Assembly (NCBI GenBank): GCA_026129305.1
Contig: JAHCII010000001.1
Span: forward strand, 26,270 to 90,269
Direction of reading: 5' to 3'
Origin: Anaerolineales bacterium
Lineage (GTDB): Bacteria > Chloroflexota > Anaerolineae > Anaerolineales > UBA11579
Length of the DNA: 64,000 nucleotides
The translations under genes and the position numbers were made by a program. Shown here piece after piece: positions 7,325 to 15,118 of this stretch (the first letter of the stretch is position 1; every line of letters starts with the position of its first letter). The notes beneath the pieces are model-generated. The model saw only the letters and a list, made by a program, of their open reading frames with translations. It was not told where the DNA came from and searched no databases.

Positions 7325-8226
7325 TGCCGCCCATGCCAGACCAGGCCGGCCTGTACCGGCAGATGTACCGCATCCGCCGCTTCGAAGAAACCGTACTGGA
7401 TGCCTTCCCCAAGGGTCTTTTCTACGGCACCACACATACCTATATTGGGCAGGAGGCCAACGCGGCCGGCGTGCTGGCCCACCTCGGCGCGCAAGACATC
7501 GTCTTCAGCAACCACCGCTGCCACGGGCACTTCATTGCCTACGGTGGCGACCTGCGGGCCCTGTTCGCCGAACTGATGGGCAAGGCCACCGGCGTGTGCG
7601 GCGGCCTGGGCGGCTCACAGCACCTGCACTGGCGCAATTTCTATTCCAACGGGGTGCTGGGCAGCACAGCGCCCATCGCCGTGGGGACCGCCCTGGCCGA
7701 GAAGGCCAAAGGCAGCCCGGCCGTGGCGCTCCTCTTCCTGGGCGATGGAGCCTTGGGCGAAGGCACGGTCTACGAGAGCCTCAATATGGCCAGCCTGTGG
7801 GGCGCGCCGGTCCTGTTCGTGGTGGAAAACAACCACATCGCCCAAACCACACCCATCGAGCTGGCCCTGGCCGGCGACATCGCAGCCCGTTTCAACGCCT
7901 TCGGCATCCCATGCCAGCGGCTGGATAGCAGCGATGTACTGGAAATCCATACAGCCGCCGAAGCGGAGTTCGCCGCGCTGCGGGCCGCGCCCGGTCCGCG
8001 GGCGCTGGTGTTGGACACCCAGCGTTTTGGCCCGCACTCCAAGGGCGACGACACCCGCGACGAAGCGGCGATGGCCAGCATCCGCCAGCAGCGCGACCCG
8101 CTGGCGCTGCTGGCCCCCAAACTGGCCGAGGCCCAACGCGCCGCCCTGGAGGCCGAGGTACAGGCCGAGGTGGCCGCCGCCTTTGCTCAGGCCGAGGCCG
8201 ACCCCTTCCCGGTGGCGCTCCCATGA
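7324..8226 (+). CDS. TPP-dependent 2-oxoacid (pyruvate/acetoin-type) dehydrogenase E1 alpha subunit
   Basis: The TPP motif 'GDGALGEG...VVENNH' and 'RFGPHSKGDD' (equivalent to YRxxGHSxSD) are present. ATG 7324 overlaps the upstream stop as TAATG. Confidence 0.85.
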   Translation: MPPMPDQAGLYRQMYRIRRFEETVLDAFPKGLFYGTTHTYIGQEANAAGVLAHLGAQDIVFSNHRCHGHFIAYGGDLRALFAELMGKATGVCGGLGGSQHLHWRNFYSNGVLGSTAPIAVGTALAEKAKGSPAVALLFLGDGALGEGTVYESLNMASLWGAPVLFVVENNHIAQTTPIELALAGDIAARFNAFGIPCQRLDSSDVLEIHTAAEAEFAALRAAPGPRALVLDTQRFGPHSKGDDTRDEAAMASIRQQRDPLALLAPKLAEAQRAALEAEVQAEVAAAFAQAEADPFPVALP

Positions 8227-9242
8227 CCAGCGTACTGCAAGCCCTCAACCGCGGCCTGCACGCTGCCTTCCAGGACCCGCGCGTCCACCTGCTGGGCGAG
8301 GATGTGCTGGACCCCTACGGCGGCGCCTTCAAGGTCAGCCAGGGGCTTTCGACCGCCTACCCCGAACGCGTCTGGACCAGCCCAGTCTCTGAGGCCGGGC
8401 TGGCCGGCGTGGCGGCGGGCATGGCGCTGCGCGGCCTGCGCCCGGTGGTGGAGATCATGTTCGGTGACTTCAGCACGCTGATCGCCGATCAGATCATCAA
8501 CAGTATCAGCAAATTTGGCAGCATGTATGGCGGGGCAGTCCACGTGCCGCTGGTGGTGCGCACGCCGATGGGCGGCCGTCGCGGCTACGGCCCCACCCAC
8601 AGCCAAACGCTGGAAAAGCTCTTTTTGGGAGTGCCCGGCCTGCGCGTCCTGGCGGCCAATTCCCTCAGCGACCCCGGAGAGCTGCTGCGCCGGGCGATCT
8701 TCGAAGATGACGGCCCAGTCTTCTTTATAGAGAACAAGCTGTTGTATTTGCAGCCCCTTCTGACGACCGAAGACTTGCAAGATTTCGAGATCGAATTGCA
8801 CACTCCCCCCGCAGCGTATGCGGCCACGCACACGCTGCGACTCAGAGGCGCGTCGGCCCCCGCTCTGACCCTGACCGCCTATGGCTACATGGCGGAGCTG
8901 GCCCGCCAGGCGCAGCTGCGCCTGGCCTTTGAACACGAGATTTTCTGCGAACTGGTGGTGCCGGCCCAACTGGCCCCTCTGGCAGCCGGCGGCGAACTGG
9001 ACGCGGCCTTGGCCGCCTCGCTGAGCAAGAGCGGCCGGCTGCTGGCCATAGAAGAAGGCAGCTACACCCTGGGCTGGGGCGCCGAGGTGCTGGCCCGCGC
9101 CGCGCAGGCATTCCCGGGCGGCCTCAAGACGGCCGCCCGCCTGGCCGCCCCCGACGCGCCCATCCCCGCCTCACGCCCACTGGAAGAAGCCGCCCTGCCG
9201 GATGTTGAGGACATCCTGGCAACCGCGCAAAGAATGGTATAA
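8223..9242 (+). CDS. 2-oxoacid dehydrogenase E1 beta subunit (transketolase-like Pyr and C-terminal domains)
   Basis: 'LLGEDVLDPYGGAFKVSQGL', 'PVSEAGLAGVAAGMALRGLRPVVEIMFGDF' match E1 beta. Its start overlaps the E1 alpha stop as ATGA. Confidence 0.85.
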   Translation: MTSVLQALNRGLHAAFQDPRVHLLGEDVLDPYGGAFKVSQGLSTAYPERVWTSPVSEAGLAGVAAGMALRGLRPVVEIMFGDFSTLIADQIINSISKFGSMYGGAVHVPLVVRTPMGGRRGYGPTHSQTLEKLFLGVPGLRVLAANSLSDPGELLRRAIFEDDGPVFFIENKLLYLQPLLTTEDLQDFEIELHTPPAAYAATHTLRLRGASAPALTLTAYGYMAELARQAQLRLAFEHEIFCELVVPAQLAPLAAGGELDAALAASLSKSGRLLAIEEGSYTLGWGAEVLARAAQAFPGGLKTAARLAAPDAPIPASRPLEEAALPDVEDILATAQRMV

Positions 9243-9253
9243 CCGCGCCAGAT

Positions 9254-10348
9254 ATGAGCGCAGCCTTGGCGGTCACCATCCCGCTGATCAACCCCAACGA
9301 AAATGAAGCCCATCTGGCCGCATTGCACGTTAAACACGGCCAGGCGGTAAAGAGCGGTACGCTGCTGGCCACGCTGGAGACCACCAAGTCCACCTTCGAG
9401 CTGATCGCCGAGGCGGACGGCTTTGTGGCCGGCCTGCAGGCCCAACCCGGCGGCAAGCTGCGCGCCGGGGCCTTATTCTGCTACCTGGCGCCCACCCCGG
9501 ACTGGGAAGCCCCCAAGGCCGAAGAGAAGCGCAGCCAGCCCGGCGAAGTTCCGGAAGGGCTGCGCATCACCCAGCCCGCCTTGCTGTTGGCGCAGCAAGA
9601 AGGCTTGGACCTGAGCCAATTGCCGGTCGGGCCGATCATCACCGAGGCGCAAGTGCGCGCAGCCCTGGGCGGGGCCAAAGCCGCAGATAGTGAAATTCCG
9701 CCCGGCGTGGCCGCCAGCAACGCCGTATTGGTCTACGGCGGCGGCGGTCACGGCAAGGCGGTCATCGACTTGATGCGCGCCGCCGGAAGCTACACACCGG
9801 CCGGCGTACTGGACGACGGCCGCCAGCCCGGCGAGCAGGTGCTGGATGTGCCCGTGCTGGGCGGCCAGGGCTTGCTCAGCGCGCTGCGCGCCGCGGGCAG
9901 CCGGCTGGCCGCCAACGCCGTGGGCGGCATTGGCGCGATGAGCAGCCGCATACACGTATTCGAAATCCTGCGCGGGGCCGGCTTTGAATTCCCCAGCCTG
10001 GTGCACCCCAGTGCCGTGCTGGAACCCAGCGTCCAGCTCAATGACGGTGGGCAGGTCTTCCCGCATGCCTACATCGGCTCAGATGCGCAAATCGGCTTTG
10101 GCGGCATCATCAACACCGGCGCCGTCGTCTCGCACGATTGCGTGCTGGCGGACATGGTTAACCTGGCGCCTGGCGCCATCCTGGCAGGGGGGGTGCAGGT
10201 GGGCCAGGGCGCGCTGATCGGCATGGGCGTCACCGTCAACCTGGGGGTCAAGATTGGCGCCGGCGCCCGGGTGGGCAACAGCGCCACGGTCAAGGGCGAT
10301 GTGCCGCCCGGCGGTGTGGTGCGCGCCGGGGCTATCTGGCCGAACTAA
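9254..10348 (+). CDS. Chimeric E2-like protein: lipoyl domain, then peripheral-subunit-binding-like segment, then PglD/NeuD-family hexapeptide sugar acyltransferase
   Basis: aa 1-80 look like a lipoyl/biotinyl fold with 'LATLETTKSTFEL' (K45, nt 9386-9388). aa ~103-137 'LRITQPALLLAQQEGLDLSQLPVGPIITEAQVRAAL' resemble a PSBD. aa ~157-364 carry 'VLVYGGGGHGKAVIDL', 'GVLDD', hexapeptide repeats and 'VVSHDC' (His294, nt 10133-10135). There is no E2 'DHRxxDG' core. Confidence 0.75.
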   Translation: MSAALAVTIPLINPNENEAHLAALHVKHGQAVKSGTLLATLETTKSTFELIAEADGFVAGLQAQPGGKLRAGALFCYLAPTPDWEAPKAEEKRSQPGEVPEGLRITQPALLLAQQEGLDLSQLPVGPIITEAQVRAALGGAKAADSEIPPGVAASNAVLVYGGGGHGKAVIDLMRAAGSYTPAGVLDDGRQPGEQVLDVPVLGGQGLLSALRAAGSRLAANAVGGIGAMSSRIHVFEILRGAGFEFPSLVHPSAVLEPSVQLNDGGQVFPHAYIGSDAQIGFGGIINTGAVVSHDCVLADMVNLAPGAILAGGVQVGQGALIGMGVTVNLGVKIGAGARVGNSATVKGDVPPGGVVRAGAIWPN

Positions 10349-10374
10349 CCTAAGGTCGGCAAGCCGACCTTAGG
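10349..10374 (+). terminator. Perfect hairpin closing the operon
   Basis: CCTAAGGTCGGCAAGCCGACCTTAGG sits immediately after the TAA stop (10346-10348). Only a short TT follows, so factor independence is uncertain. Confidence 0.55.
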
Positions 10375-10403
10375 TTGGCTCTCAACTTGCCGCGCCGCGC
10401 GCT

Positions 10404-11312
10404 TTGGGTTACAGTGAAGCCGTGGCCGGGAAGAAGACAGACCGCAAAGGCACACGCAGTTCCGCGTTTGGCACCGCCGGGCGCGTCAACCACGATGCCA
10501 CCACTTTTTACAACAGCGCCCTATACAGCCAACAGAACCCGCCAACTCCCGATAGCCTCAACGAAAACCCCCTTCCCGCAACCGCACACAACCGTATTTT
10601 CGGCCACAGCAGCGAGCACATGCCGGAACTGCCTGACGGCAGCGTGCATCTGATGGTCACCTCGCCCCCCTACAACGCCGGCAAAGAATACGACCAGGAC
10701 CTAAATCTGGAAGATTACTTGGCCTTGCTGCGCCGAGTGTGGGCCGAGACCTGCCGCGTCCTGGCCCCCGGCGGGCGGGCCTGCATCAACCTGGCCAATT
10801 TAGGTCGCAAGCCTTACATTCCGCTGCATGCCTACATCATCCAGGATATGCTGGCCCTGGGGTACCTGATGCGCGGCGAGATCATCTGGGACAAAGGCTC
10901 CAGCGCCAGCGCTTCTACGGCTTGGGGGTCCTGGCTATCCGCCAGCAACCCCACCCTGCGCGATGTGCATGAATACATCCTGGTCTTTAGCAAGGGCGCC
11001 TTTGGCCGGGCCAAACCAGCCGGCGGTGAAGACACCATCGCCAAAGAAGACTTCCTGCAGAACAGCAAAAGCGTATGGAGCTTTCCGGCGGTGTCCGCCC
11101 GGCGCGTCGGCCACCCGGCCCCCTTCCCCGAAGAATTGCCGGCCCGCCTGATCCAGCTGTACAGCTTTACAGGCGACGTGGTGCTGGACCCGTTCATGGG
11201 CAGCGGCACCACAGCACTGGCAGCCCGCAAAGCGGGCCGTAACTATGTAGGCTACGAAACCAGCCGGGATTACATCCAGCTGGCCGAGGCTCGCATCGCT
11301 AAAGGCAGCTAA
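10404..11312 (+). CDS. Beta-class N4-cytosine/N6-adenine DNA methyltransferase (SPPY type), no adjacent endonuclease
   Basis: Motif IV 'VTSPPYNAG' is near the N-terminus and motif I 'DPFMGSGTTALAA' near the C-terminus, which is the beta-class order. The start is uncertain (TTG 10404 or GTG 10422). Confidence 0.8.
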   Translation: MGYSEAVAGKKTDRKGTRSSAFGTAGRVNHDATTFYNSALYSQQNPPTPDSLNENPLPATAHNRIFGHSSEHMPELPDGSVHLMVTSPPYNAGKEYDQDLNLEDYLALLRRVWAETCRVLAPGGRACINLANLGRKPYIPLHAYIIQDMLALGYLMRGEIIWDKGSSASASTAWGSWLSASNPTLRDVHEYILVFSKGAFGRAKPAGGEDTIAKEDFLQNSKSVWSFPAVSARRVGHPAPFPEELPARLIQLYSFTGDVVLDPFMGSGTTALAARKAGRNYVGYETSRDYIQLAEARIAKGS

Positions 11313-12940
11313 GTCCCAAACTGCAAACGTACGATCTTGTCGTCTGAGGTGGGCACATGGTGATAACTGACCCAGATGTCGCCGTTGCCACTGTCAATGG
11401 CCATATGCCGGATCAGGGCATACGGCGTGGGCAGCGGATATTCCACAAAAGTTTCGGTCAGCGGGTCAAAACTGGCCACGCGGTTGCCGGCCGCATAGCC
11501 GATCCAGACCAGGCCGCGCTGGTGGTCAATCTTAACCACATAGGGCTCAGCATTCTTGGTGGGCACTTCCCACTCCGTAAAGGTTTCCGTGCCCGGGTCA
11601 AACATCGCCAGGCGGCCGCCGGAAAACTCGGGGATCCACAGTTTGCCGTCAGCATCAATATCAAACCGCCGCGGACCACTGGTATCATGCGGGAACTCAT
11701 AGTAAGCCACTTCGCGAGTCTCAGGATGCAGCTTATAGATCCGGTTCCAATTCAAGTCTGAGACCCACACCATGTTGTCCGGACCTACCCGAATCTCGTA
11801 AGAGATCGGCAGTCCGGCCAGGTTGGAAACGTTGTTGTCTGGGATGTCAAAAACCAAGCGAGAACCATCCGGACTGACCCGGATGACCTTGCCCGGGTCG
11901 GAGAGGAAATGCCCATTAACCCAAGCATTGCCTTCGGAATCGAGCGCGACACTGTGCGCGTACATGTCAATAGAGTAGGTTTCGAATTCCGCGGTGAGCG
12001 GGTCAAAGAGAGCCAATTGGTGCGGGCTGCCAAAGACGATCCACCAGTTCCCCTCAGCATCCAGTTCCAACGCGCGGGGGTTGGCGTTGGGCTTTAAAGC
12101 ATAGCGGGTAAATTCGCCGCTCTCCGGGTCCAACAAATACATGTTGTGGCTGAACATGCCGGTAATGATGATCTGACCGTTTGAGTCGAGCACCAGGTCG
12201 TGAGGGCCAGCGCCTGGGAAGTCATACTCGGTCATGCGTACCTTGGCGGCCTGGGCGGTCACAGGCTGCGGCAGCGGCGGCTGGGTTTCCGCAGTCAGAT
12301 AGTGCGCCAGCCAGGCAGCCGTTTCCTCCACATCCAGAGGCCCGATGATCGGGAACCCGCTCTGCGGTCCGTAAAAGCTCAGCATCTTGCGGATGGACGC
12401 TTGCCACTGGGTTTCCGTGGGCCAGCCATTGTAGGCCTTACGCGGCCAGCCGAGCTGGTGACAACCCTGGCAGTCCAAAATGAACTGCCGGGTTTGGGCA
12501 TCGTCCGGCAGGACGCTTAGCCATTCGGCACCGCTGACCTGGTCGCGAATGTCCGCGGTGGGCGGCAGGCTCAGGTCGATCTCAAGCGCAGCGGCGGAGG
12601 TGATTGTGACATTGTGCGGCAGGGAATATTGATAACCAAACCCATGCGAGGAGATCACATAATCCCCAGCCGCCAGACCCGGCAGGGCATAGCGGCCATC
12701 TCCGTCCGAAAAGACCGTTACGGTCACACCTCGATCGTTGCGGGCCTGCACAAAGGCGAAGGGCACCGGGTTGCTGGTGCCGGCCTGCGTGACCCAGCCC
12801 TGGACTGCGCCCACAAAATCGGTCTGGGTGGTCACAGTAACTTCGAGCGGGGCAGCCGCGGTTGTTGGTGCGGCCGGCGCAGGACCACAGGCACAAAGAC
12901 CAAGTATCCATACCAAGCATGCACGCTTTACCATCAACAT
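11309..12940 (-). CDS. Secreted lipoprotein: CarboxypepD_reg-like domain, CXXCH heme motif, and Vgb/NHL-like beta-propeller
   Basis: Lipobox 'LGLCACG', 'SDGDGRYALPGLAAGDYVI', and 'CQGCH' are present. Repeated 'G..W(I/V)...' blades resemble streptogramin-lyase-like propellers. Confidence 0.6.
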   Translation of the reverse strand: MLMVKRACLVWILGLCACGPAPAAPTTAAAPLEVTVTTQTDFVGAVQGWVTQAGTSNPVPFAFVQARNDRGVTVTVFSDGDGRYALPGLAAGDYVISSHGFGYQYSLPHNVTITSAAALEIDLSLPPTADIRDQVSGAEWLSVLPDDAQTRQFILDCQGCHQLGWPRKAYNGWPTETQWQASIRKMLSFYGPQSGFPIIGPLDVEETAAWLAHYLTAETQPPLPQPVTAQAAKVRMTEYDFPGAGPHDLVLDSNGQIIITGMFSHNMYLLDPESGEFTRYALKPNANPRALELDAEGNWWIVFGSPHQLALFDPLTAEFETYSIDMYAHSVALDSEGNAWVNGHFLSDPGKVIRVSPDGSRLVFDIPDNNVSNLAGLPISYEIRVGPDNMVWVSDLNWNRIYKLHPETREVAYYEFPHDTSGPRRFDIDADGKLWIPEFSGGRLAMFDPGTETFTEWEVPTKNAEPYVVKIDHQRGLVWIGYAAGNRVASFDPLTETFVEYPLPTPYALIRHMAIDSGNGDIWVSYHHVPTSDDKIVRLQFGT

Positions 12941-13060
12941 AAGCCCTCTTCGTAGGCGACTACTCGTCCTGACCAGCCTGCCATGGCAGGATTATGCTAC
13001 GATTGCTTGAAAGTATGCCAGCCTAACTCAGGCCGATTTTTAGCATCACACGGAGAACGC

Positions 13061-13714
13061 ATGGACAATCCTACCTGGCAGCAAGTGGACGATTTCCTCG
13101 AAAAGCTTCTGGCACCGGACGACCCGACCCTATCTGCCGCCCTGGCGGCCGCTGAAGCGGCCGGACTGCCCGCCATCCAGGTCTCGCGCATGCAGGCCCA
13201 GTTCCTGCACATCCTGGCCCGCGCCATCGGTGCGCGGCGCATTTTGGAGCTGGGCACGCTGGGCGGTTACAGCGGCATTTGGCTGGCGCGGGCCTTGCCC
13301 GCCGACGGCCAGCTGGTCACGCTGGAGGCAGAAGCCAGGCACGCCGAGGTGGCCGCCGCCAACTTTGCCGCGGCTGGAGTGAGTGAACGCGTCAGGCTGC
13401 ATGTGGGCCCGGCGCTGGAAACGCTGCCCACCCTGCTGGCGGAGTATGAAGCCGGCTTTGACCTGTGCTTCTTGGACGCCGACAAAGCCAACCTGCCCGC
13501 CTACTTCGACTGGGCGCGCCGGCTGACGCGCAAGGGCGGCCTGATCCTCAGCGACAATGTGGTGCGCAGTGGCCAGGTGCTGAACGGCACCGACGCCAGC
13601 AGCCAGGGCGCCCGCAGCCTGCTGCAAGCCCTGGGCAACCGTGGTGACAGCGCCGTGCTGCAGACGGTGGGCAGCAAGGGCTACGACGGTTTCGCCCTGA
13701 CTATCGTAGAATAA
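13061..13714 (+). CDS. Class I SAM-dependent O-methyltransferase (family 3, caffeoyl-CoA OMT-like)
   Basis: 'RILELGTLGGYSGIWLA' is SAM motif I. 'FDLCFLDADKANLPAYF' and 'GGLILSDNVV' also match. ATG 13061 follows GGAGAA. Confidence 0.85.
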   Translation: MDNPTWQQVDDFLEKLLAPDDPTLSAALAAAEAAGLPAIQVSRMQAQFLHILARAIGARRILELGTLGGYSGIWLARALPADGQLVTLEAEARHAEVAAANFAAAGVSERVRLHVGPALETLPTLLAEYEAGFDLCFLDADKANLPAYFDWARRLTRKGGLILSDNVVRSGQVLNGTDASSQGARSLLQALGNRGDSAVLQTVGSKGYDGFALTIVE

Positions 13715-13718
13715 CCCT

Positions 13719-14510
13719 GTGCCAACCATTGAACTGGGCCGCCTGAAACAAGAGGCGGCGCTTTTGTCCCAGCACTTTAGCGATCCGCCCAGCTATTTAC
13801 GCGAGCTGGAACGCCTGCTGGAAGCCTACTCGATGCCGGTCAACCGCCTGGGTGAAGTGCGCGGACTGCGGCCGGTGCTCAAAACCTACGAGGTGCCCAC
13901 TCCGCTGCTGCGCCAATTGCAACTGGAGATGAGCCAGTTGGCCGGGCAGGACCCGGCCACCGCACTACAGGTGGCCGATGGGCTCTGGGCGCGGCGCAGC
14001 ATCGAGACGCGCCAGCTGGCCGCCCGCCTGCTGGGCGCCACGCCGGCCGAGGCGCACGAAGTCACTGCCCGCCTGGCCGCCTGGGCACAGCAGAACCAGG
14101 AACCCTGGCTGGCCCCTGAACTGGCCCAGGCCGGCACGCAGGGTCTGCAAAAGCAACACGCAGAAGCGCTGGTCGCCTGGGCCGGCCAGTTGCTGGCCGG
14201 CGGCCACAACCGCCAGCAAAGCCTGGCGCTGGCTGCCCTGCAGCAGCTGCTGCAAGGCCCGGGCTACGCCAACCTGCCGGCGATCTACGCCTTGCTGGAG
14301 GCGCCGGTGCGCAGTGCCAACCGCAAGATCCGCCCGGATCTGGCGGACCTGCTGAGCGAGCTGGGCCGCCAAAGCCCGAAAGAGACCGAATATTTCTTGC
14401 AGCAAGCCCTGCAGCAGCCGGATCTGGACCCGGGCTGCCGCTGGATCGCGCGCCAAGTGTACAAGGTGCTACCAGCGGTCAGCCAGGCGCGGCTGCGGCC
14501 GCTGCTCTAG
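13719..14510 (+). CDS. Helical-repeat protein of unknown function (possibly HEAT/AlkD-like)
   Basis: All-alpha, Leu/Ala/Gln-rich 263 aa protein. 'GLWARRSIETRQLAARLLG' is weakly reminiscent of DNA-alkylation-repair HEAT-like proteins. Confidence 0.3.
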   Translation: MPTIELGRLKQEAALLSQHFSDPPSYLRELERLLEAYSMPVNRLGEVRGLRPVLKTYEVPTPLLRQLQLEMSQLAGQDPATALQVADGLWARRSIETRQLAARLLGATPAEAHEVTARLAAWAQQNQEPWLAPELAQAGTQGLQKQHAEALVAWAGQLLAGGHNRQQSLALAALQQLLQGPGYANLPAIYALLEAPVRSANRKIRPDLADLLSELGRQSPKETEYFLQQALQQPDLDPGCRWIARQVYKVLPAVSQARLRPLL

Positions 14511-14608
14511 ATTTTCGCCAAGCTTGAGGTATAATTTATGGTTGACTTGACCGGCAGGCTGGCCTTGGCTAGCTGCCTGGAGACCTGCAAAAAGGAGTGC
14601 AGAACGTC

Positions 14609-14884
14609 ATGCCCTTACCTCAAGAAAAGAAACAAGCCGTGATTGGCGAATACAAGCGCGCCGAAGGCGACACAGGTTCGCCTGAAGTACAGATTGCCCT
14701 GCTGACCAGCCGCATTGAGCAGCTGACCGGCCATCTGCAGACCCACAGCAAGGACCATTCCTCGCGCCGCGGCCTGCTGAAGCTGGTGGGCCAGCGCCGC
14801 CGCCTGCTGGAGTATGTGCGCAAGCACGACTACGACAAATATGTATCGCTGGCGGATAGGCTCAAGATCCGCCGCAAGGCCTAG
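14609..14884 (+). CDS. rpsO: 30S ribosomal protein S15
   Basis: '[50 protein letters not shown]' matches S15. AAGGAG lies at 14592-14597. Confidence 0.97.
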   Translation: MPLPQEKKQAVIGEYKRAEGDTGSPEVQIALLTSRIEQLTGHLQTHSKDHSSRRGLLKLVGQRRRLLEYVRKHDYDKYVSLADRLKIRRKA

Positions 14885-14893
14885 CCTTCAAAA

Positions 14894-14941
14894 AGAGGCG
14901 GCTTCGCATAGGCTCAGCTTATGCGGGCCGCCTCTTTTTTT
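14894..14941 (+). terminator. Rho-independent terminator after rpsO
   Basis: AGAGGCGGC (14894-14902) pairs with GCCGCCTCT (14927-14935), with inner CGCATA/TATGCG pairing, followed by a T7 run. Confidence 0.85.
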
Positions 14942-15118
14942 GTTCCGCTCCAGGAGGACATTCCAGCGCAGAAAATACTATAATTGCCTCTAACTTAACC
15001 CATCACTGCTCGTTGGCCAGGGCATTGGAACTTGCTCATAAGCCTGCTTGTGACCAGTTTCCAGTTCCTGGGCTAACGGGCCTGTGCGAAGCGCTGCGGC
15101 CTTCGCAAAAGGAGATTT

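Noticed and set aside
10349-12940. Restriction endonuclease partner for the methyltransferase
   Set aside because: The only neighbours are the terminated acyltransferase operon and a secreted CXXCH/beta-propeller lipoprotein. No PD-(D/E)xK, HNH or specificity-subunit-like ORF is present.
14511-14608. Possible S15 autoregulatory structure in the rpsO leader
   Set aside because: Only an imperfect hairpin (around 14551-14582) is visible. I cannot support a specific pseudoknot or three-way junction from the sequence alone.
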